This document shows, in pieces, positions 16,641-21,617 of a stretch of DNA of 21,617 bases; position 1 is the stretch's first letter, and every line of letters starts with the position of its first letter. The DNA lies in the NCBI GenBank assembly GCA_964012805.1, contig CAXGUD010000057.1, forward strand, positions 1 to 21,617, written 5' to 3'. Below the pieces are notes generated by a model. It ran no database searches. It worked only from the letters and a program-made list of their open reading frames with translations, and was not told where the DNA came from. The translations under genes were made by a program, and so were the position numbers. This DNA is from an uncultured Bacteriovoracaceae bacterium (GTDB taxonomy: Bacteria > Bdellovibrionota > Bacteriovoracia > Bacteriovoracales > Bacteriovoracaceae).

Positions 16641-17728
16641 ATCAAACCTTTATGAGACTTAACGTCACTTAAGAAATCATCAATGATCCATTCTGTATCA
16701 GAGGGGCCTCCAGCTGCTTCTGGATGAAATTGGACACCTTTTATAGGTTTGGACTTATGTAAGATTCCTGCAAGTGACTCATCGTTAGCGTTTAAAAACC
16801 AAGGGCTCCAGTTTTCTGGTATACTCTCTTTTTTAACTATAAAACTATGGTTTTGGCTGGTCATAAAACCTCTGGATGGATTTTCTGTTAAGTAGACTGG
16901 ATGGTTGTGTCCTCGATGTCCAAAAGGCAGCCTGCCTGTTTGTGCACCGATTGCCAAAGACATAAGTTGAAATCCTAAGCAGATACCTAAGACTGGCTTA
17001 TCTTGGTTAAGAATTGTTTTAAGTCTTGCTGGAAGATCAAGAGTTTTATTTGGATCTCCAGGACCGTTACTAATGAGCCAGCCATCGCAATTAACTTTGT
17101 TAAAGTCTGTATTCCAAGGTAAAACTTCTACCCGACAGCCCTTTTCAATAAGTTTTCTAATGATGTTCCATTTCACTCCACAGTCAATGAGAGCAATTTT
17201 TAGAGGGCCTTTTCCTAGGGTGTAGGATGTCCGAGTAGAAACCTTTTCTATAATAGAGTGTTCGTTAGGGTCATAAAAGTCTACTGGAGTATTTGGGTCA
17301 TAGACGATTCGTCCCAAGACATTTTCTTTGTCTCTTATGATCTTAATGAGCTTTCTAGTGTCAATATTTGCTATTCCTGGAATATCATTTTCTTTAAGCC
17401 AAGCATCTAAAGTCTTTTTCCCTTTCCAGTGAAATTGTGAGTGAGAATTTTGGCTTAAAATAACACCACTTGCGTTAATTTTATCCTTCTCAAAACTTTG
17501 GGTGAGTTGATCTTTTGACAGCTCTGGAACACCGTAATTCCCAATCATTGGGTAGGAAAAAGTTATAATTTGTCCGTAGTAAGAGGGGTCAGTAATTGTT
17601 TCAACATAGCCAACCATCCCTGTTGTAAAAACCAGGTTCCCCCCAGTATTTTTTTTTGCTCCAATCGGGTGACCTACAAGTTTATCGCCAGTTGAAAGTT
17701 CTAAAATAGATGTTTCAAAGTTTGTCAT
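16631..17728 (-). CDS. carA: Carbamoyl-phosphate synthetase small (glutaminase) subunit
   Basis: FTTGMVGY..TDPSY.GQ..YPMIGNYGVP, SNGPGDP, GICLG (Cys nucleophile), GHRGHNHP, SQNH and QFHPEA. Confidence 0.96.
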   Translation of the reverse strand: MTNFETSILELSTGDKLVGHPIGAKKNTGGNLVFTTGMVGYVETITDPSYYGQIITFSYPMIGNYGVPELSKDQLTQSFEKDKINASGVILSQNSHSQFHWKGKKTLDAWLKENDIPGIANIDTRKLIKIIRDKENVLGRIVYDPNTPVDFYDPNEHSIIEKVSTRTSYTLGKGPLKIALIDCGVKWNIIRKLIEKGCRVEVLPWNTDFNKVNCDGWLISNGPGDPNKTLDLPARLKTILNQDKPVLGICLGFQLMSLAIGAQTGRLPFGHRGHNHPVYLTENPSRGFMTSQNHSFIVKKESIPENWSPWFLNANDESLAGILHKSKPIKGVQFHPEAAGGPSDTEWIIDDFLSDVKSHKGLICH

Positions 17729-18011
17729 TCAAATTCCAGGTAACAATTCTTTGTAGTGTATGGAGAGACCTCACTATTTTTATAAACGATAAAAGTCTAC
17801 TTTAAAGAATTTGAATAATCTAGAAATTCTTCAAAGGAGTCAGCCTAATGCCTAAAGTATAGTTTCTCGATAAATGAGTGATATTATTGAGGCTTTAATT
17901 TAATTGATTTTTAAAATAATTCTTTATGGTCAATTGATTTTAAATTTTTCTTTCACTAATAATTTAAATGATGTAATTTTTTGTAGTATTATTTTTTATG
18001 AGGGCAAAGAA

Positions 18012-18395
18012 TTGATAATTTATAAAGACATTTCTAAAAGTCAATGTAAGGACACCATTTTAGTTTCAGTTTTTCTATTATTTATTTTTTCTCTTTGGAA
18101 AGAGGTGGATATCTCTAAAATTGGCTTTTTAGTCGCTCTTGTGGGTCTTATTGTGCCTATTGTTTTTAAGCCAGTGGCTTTTTTTTGGTTTAATTTTTCA
18201 GTGGTTTTAGGAAATATAAGCTCTAAAGTAGTCCTAACACTTATATTTTATATTGTTGTCTCTCCAATCTCAATCTTCCGGAAAATGTTGTGGCATGATG
18301 CTCTTTCACTAAAAAGCTGGAAAAAAGATGATTCGAGCCTTTTTAAAAATAGAAACCATGAATTTGATAAAAAGGATCTAGAGACAGTTTTTTGA
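18012..18395 (+). CDS. SxtJ-family small membrane protein
   Basis: Hydrophobic segments with W....LG...SKVVLTLIFYIVVSPI...K....DAL and a C-terminal DLETVF, matching my recall of SxtJ-like proteins. In-frame TTG at 18012 with GAGGG SD is preferred over 17904. Confidence 0.75.
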   Translation: MIIYKDISKSQCKDTILVSVFLLFIFSLWKEVDISKIGFLVALVGLIVPIVFKPVAFFWFNFSVVLGNISSKVVLTLIFYIVVSPISIFRKMLWHDALSLKSWKKDDSSLFKNRNHEFDKKDLETVF

Positions 18396-18405
18396 AGGAG
18401 CAGTT

Positions 18406-18555
18406 ATGGAAACTCTAAAAGACTTTTGGGCGTTTATGAATTCAAGAAAGAAGTTTTGGCTATTACCAGCACTTCTTCTTCTCTTTTGTCTAAGTGCATT
18501 GCTTGTTTTTTCTAGTGGATCTGCTGTTGCTCCATTTATTTACACAATTTTCTAG
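18406..18555 (+). CDS. 49-aa SxtK/DUF5989-like membrane micropeptide (not in the ORF track)
   Basis: METLKDFWAFMNSRKKFWLLPALLLLFCLSALLVFSSGSAVAPFIYTIF; AAGGAG SD at 18395-18400; fills the gap between the SxtJ-like gene and the carbamoyltransferase. Confidence 0.9.
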   Translation: METLKDFWAFMNSRKKFWLLPALLLLFCLSALLVFSSGSAVAPFIYTIF

Positions 18556-18564
18556 GCGGCATTA

Positions 18565-20436
18565 ATGACAAAGATTTTAGGTATCTCGGCTTTCTATCAC
18601 GACAGCGCTGCGGCCATAATTGAGGATGGCCAAGTTTTGTATGCTGCTCAAGAAGAGAGGTTTACGAGAAAGAAAAATGACTCTTCATTTCCAATAAACG
18701 CGATAAGGTTTATTTTAAAAGAGTCAAAAATAGATTTTGAAGAAATTGAAGCGGTTGCCTTTTATGATAAGCCCTTTCTTAAGTTTGAAAGGTTGTTAGA
18801 GACTTACCATACCTTTGCTCCAAAAGGGCTCAAGAGCTTTTTATCGGCCATGCCAGTTTGGGTAAAAGAAAAAATTTTCATGAAGAGGTTAATTAGAGAA
18901 AGCTTATCCGAGTTTGCCGATAAAAATGTCATAAAAAAAACGAAGATCTTTTTTCCAGAGCACCACCTTTCACATGCTGCCAGTGCGTTTTATCCCTCGC
19001 CATTTAATGAAGCTGCTATTTTAACCATTGATGGTGTTGGAGAGTGGGCAACCACTGCTATTTCACACGGTCGGGATAAAAAAATTAAAGTTCTTTCTGA
19101 AATTCACTTTCCCCACTCTTTGGGCCTATTGTACTCTGCCTTTACATATTATTGTGGTTTCAAGGTAAATAGTGGCGAATATAAGCTTATGGGGTTGGCC
19201 CCCTATGGAAATCCAGATTCAGAGGAGACTAAGAATTATATTGCTTCTATAAAAGCAGAGCTTATTGATATTAGAAAAGATGGTTCATTTAGTCTCAATA
19301 TGAAATTCTTTAATTATGCCACAGGGTTAGAAATGTGTGTCCTTAAAGAATGGGAGAAACTATTTAATTTGCCTAAAAGGACTTCTGAAGGAAAAATCAA
19401 TCAATCCTATATGAATCTTGCCCTGGCCATTCAAGTTGTCACTGAAGAAGTCGTTTTAAAGCTCGCTCAAACTGCTAAAGAGCTGACAAATAGTAAATAC
19501 CTTGTTTTGGCCGGTGGTGTGGCCCTTAATTGTGTCGCAAATGGTAAACTTTTACAGAAAAAAATATTTGATGATATTTGGATACAACCAGCTGCTGGTG
19601 ATTCAGGGGGATCTCTAGGGGCTGCTTTGGCCTGCTATCATATTGCGATGGATAAGCCTCGAATAGAGAATAATGACCAAGCTGATTTAATGAGGGGTAG
19701 CTACCTAGGACCTTCATATGATGATCATGAAGTTGAGAGGTATTTAAAGAAATTTGGAGCAAAGTTTCAAAAGTTTGAAAAGTTTGATCAGCTTACTGAT
19801 GTGGTCTCAGAAAAAATTTCCAAAGGTAATGTTGTTGGTTGGTTTCAAGGTCGATTGGAGTGGGGACCAAGGGCATTGGGTAATAGAAGCATCTTAGGAG
19901 ATAGCCGTTTTCCTGACATGCAAAAAAAATTGAATTTAAAGATAAAATACAGAGAAGGTTTTCGTCCCTTCGCTCCTTCAGTTTTAGAAGAGGATAGAAA
20001 TGAGTATTTTGACCTCGAAAAAGATTCTCCTTATATGCTTTTGGTGAGTCCAGTAAAGGGTAAAAGAAGGACTGAGGAACCAAAAGATTATTCCGGTTAT
20101 GCTCTCTACGATAGGCTTTATCATTTAAGGTCAGATGTCCCTGCTATTACTCACATAGATTATTCCGCAAGAGTACAAACAGTCAGCCAAAAAACGAATA
20201 AAAGGTATTGGAAACTTATCAAGGCTTATAAAGAAAAAACAGGTTTTGGACTTCTTGTTAACACGAGTTTTAACGTTAGAGGAGAGCCCATTGTTTGTAG
20301 CCCAATGGATGCTTACCTTTGTTTCATGAGAACAGAAATGGATTATCTTGTTATTGGAAACTACTACCTGGAAAAGGTCAATCAACCTGTTCTTAAAGAC
20401 CAAGTTGATTGGAAGAATGCCTTTGCTTTGGATTAA
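18565..20436 (+). CDS. Carbamoyltransferase, NodU/CmcH/TobZ family (SxtI-like)
   Basis: GISAFYHDSAA, EERFTRKK, EHHLSHAASAF, DGVGE, GEYKLMGLAPYG, GGVALNC, GPRALGNRSIL, FRPFAP and NTSFNVRGEPIV. Confidence 0.95.
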   Translation: MTKILGISAFYHDSAAAIIEDGQVLYAAQEERFTRKKNDSSFPINAIRFILKESKIDFEEIEAVAFYDKPFLKFERLLETYHTFAPKGLKSFLSAMPVWVKEKIFMKRLIRESLSEFADKNVIKKTKIFFPEHHLSHAASAFYPSPFNEAAILTIDGVGEWATTAISHGRDKKIKVLSEIHFPHSLGLLYSAFTYYCGFKVNSGEYKLMGLAPYGNPDSEETKNYIASIKAELIDIRKDGSFSLNMKFFNYATGLEMCVLKEWEKLFNLPKRTSEGKINQSYMNLALAIQVVTEEVVLKLAQTAKELTNSKYLVLAGGVALNCVANGKLLQKKIFDDIWIQPAAGDSGGSLGAALACYHIAMDKPRIENNDQADLMRGSYLGPSYDDHEVERYLKKFGAKFQKFEKFDQLTDVVSEKISKGNVVGWFQGRLEWGPRALGNRSILGDSRFPDMQKKLNLKIKYREGFRPFAPSVLEEDRNEYFDLEKDSPYMLLVSPVKGKRRTEEPKDYSGYALYDRLYHLRSDVPAITHIDYSARVQTVSQKTNKRYWKLIKAYKEKTGFGLLVNTSFNVRGEPIVCSPMDAYLCFMRTEMDYLVIGNYYLEKVNQPVLKDQVDWKNAFALD

Positions 20437-21617
20437 TCGAGAGAAGAGACCCTTTTGGGGGCTTTTGAAGTAAGCTTATTTTCTTTTATGTGCTTACTGA
20501 CCAGTTTACCGGCGAGCATATTTCCGTTGATATTCCAGTGGCCGTCGTATTTCCAATAAAGATCTTTTTTAGAGTCCAACCATGGTCTGGGACTTAGGTC
20601 CGCCTCTTTTTGAAAGCCCTCTTTGAGGTCTAAATAGTTGATCCCTTGATTGTTAAAAAATGTAATCATTCGTTTCCTTACAGAATCTTGATATTCTTGC
20701 TCTTCGCTTGGAAGCATGAATGAGTAGACGTGCTCTTTTTTAGGTATAATGACAACAAGAAAATTGGCCCCCTGGGTTTCTGAAAAATTTCTTAATTCTG
20801 CTATATTATCCAAATTTTTTAAAATGGCTTTTTGAAACCAAGGGTGCCTTGGAAGGTTTTCGATAGAAGAACCTGGCTTTCGGGGAGACCCCATTAATTT
20901 GCTAAAAAAAGTTTTTCTAACTGTCTCATTATTTCTAATGACTTCTTTAAAAATATTCCACGTTACAACGTTCCTTTTAAGAAAGCATTTGAAACTTCTT
21001 AGCCTTTTATAATTAAAGTTATCGTGGGTATCGCAATATTTTTGCCAGAATTTACCAATCGTCTGAATTTCCTCTTCTGTTCGATATTTGAGTGTACCTT
21101 TTTCAATATCTTGGAAATCAACTTTATCCACAGTTAGGCCATCATAAGTGGTCCGACGAGGGAATAAATAATCATCCTCAATATCATTCCAATACCAGCC
21201 AACGACAATAAGACTAGGGGATTTACCAATTTTTTTTACTACACGTCTCCCTTTAATCAATTCTTGTTTTGTTCCAAAACCTCTGACACCACATTTAAGG
21301 ACTCTCTTACCAAGAATTTTTTCTATCTGCGTACCCCATTTATAATCAAATTCCGTCGCATATTGAGTGAAGCTATCCCCTAGAAGTAAAACGTAATCTT
21401 CACTTTTTTTCTTTTCATAAGGCTTATCAAAGCAACCTAGCTCGTTAGACCAAACGTCGTAAGAGTACATATCTCCGGTTAAGAAGGCTTTTTTTACGCC
21501 AAAATTTTCAGCAATATCAAAGCCTATTTCTTTATCTTTTTTCATATAGTCTTTGGGTAAGGTGTTGACTGAAAGAAGGGCCTTGTAATTAGTCAAACGA
21601 AGCCCTGCTTCAAAAAG
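20433..21617 (-). CDS. SGNH/GDSL-like protein (AlgX/AlgJ-like), 5' end beyond the window
   Basis: LLGDSFT (block I), GVRGFGT.QE (II), WNDIED (III) and DGHWN..G (DxH). Frame stays open to the window edge (LFEAGLRLT...), which resembles the end of an N-terminal membrane anchor. Confidence 0.8.
   Translation of the reverse strand, partial: LFEAGLRLTNYKALLSVNTLPKDYMKKDKEIGFDIAENFGVKKAFLTGDMYSYDVWSNELGCFDKPYEKKKSEDYVLLLGDSFTQYATEFDYKWGTQIEKILGKRVLKCGVRGFGTKQELIKGRRVVKKIGKSPSLIVVGWYWNDIEDDYLFPRRTTYDGLTVDKVDFQDIEKGTLKYRTEEEIQTIGKFWQKYCDTHDNFNYKRLRSFKCFLKRNVVTWNIFKEVIRNNETVRKTFFSKLMGSPRKPGSSIENLPRHPWFQKAILKNLDNIAELRNFSETQGANFLVVIIPKKEHVYSFMLPSEEQEYQDSVRKRMITFFNNQGINYLDLKEGFQKEADLSPRPWLDSKKDLYWKYDGHWNINGNMLAGKLVSKHIKENKLTSKAPKRVSSLD

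Noticed and set aside
17902..17944. Direct repeat AATTGATTTT 30 nt apart in the carA/sxtJ-like divergent region
   Set aside because: Could be an operator, but the region is extremely AT-rich and two copies are not distinguishable from chance
572..20403. Short alternative-frame and antisense ORFs in the track (e.g. 969-1214, 6666-6968, 13732-14085, 15895-16434, 19793-20083)
   Set aside because: They lie within well-supported genes and show no recognisable motifs; treated as shadow ORFs
18012..21617. Saxitoxin biosynthesis
   Set aside because: Only sxtI/J/K/L-like accessory families are present; no sxtA, sxtG or other core genes in the window
1..21617. CRISPR arrays, tRNA/rRNA genes, IS elements, phase-variable tracts
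   Set aside because: Intergenic gaps are short with no repeat-spacer or cloverleaf pattern seen, no transposase or integrase ORF is present, and the A/T runs sit in intact frames

Overview
AT-rich bacterial accessory region devoted to surface-glycan synthesis and decoration. It has six gene blocks: (1) + radical SAM/twitch protein, MsbA/PglK-like ABC exporter and heparinase II/III-like protein; (2) - pseI-type nonulosonic acid synthase; (3) + operon of NUDIX hydrolase, TPP-dependent E1alpha and E1beta, a lipoyl/PSBD-NeuD/PglD acyltransferase fusion and a HAD phosphatase; (4) - carA-carB, a sugar C-methyltransferase-like gene and a two-part GT-B-like protein; (5) + SxtJ-like protein, an unlisted 49-aa SxtK/DUF5989-like peptide and a NodU/CmcH carbamoyltransferase; (6) - 5'-truncated SGNH protein. 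Two candidate undescribed systems stand out. The first is a 2-oxoacid-dehydrogenase-like complex whose E2 catalytic core is replaced by a sugar acyltransferase. The second is a possible trans-membrane carbamoylation relay whose micropeptide ends in a DltX-like FIYxxF shuttle motif and has a carbamoyl-phosphate synthetase next to it. No RNA genes, CRISPR arrays or mobile elements were recognised. All family calls come from motif reading and recall, not database searches.
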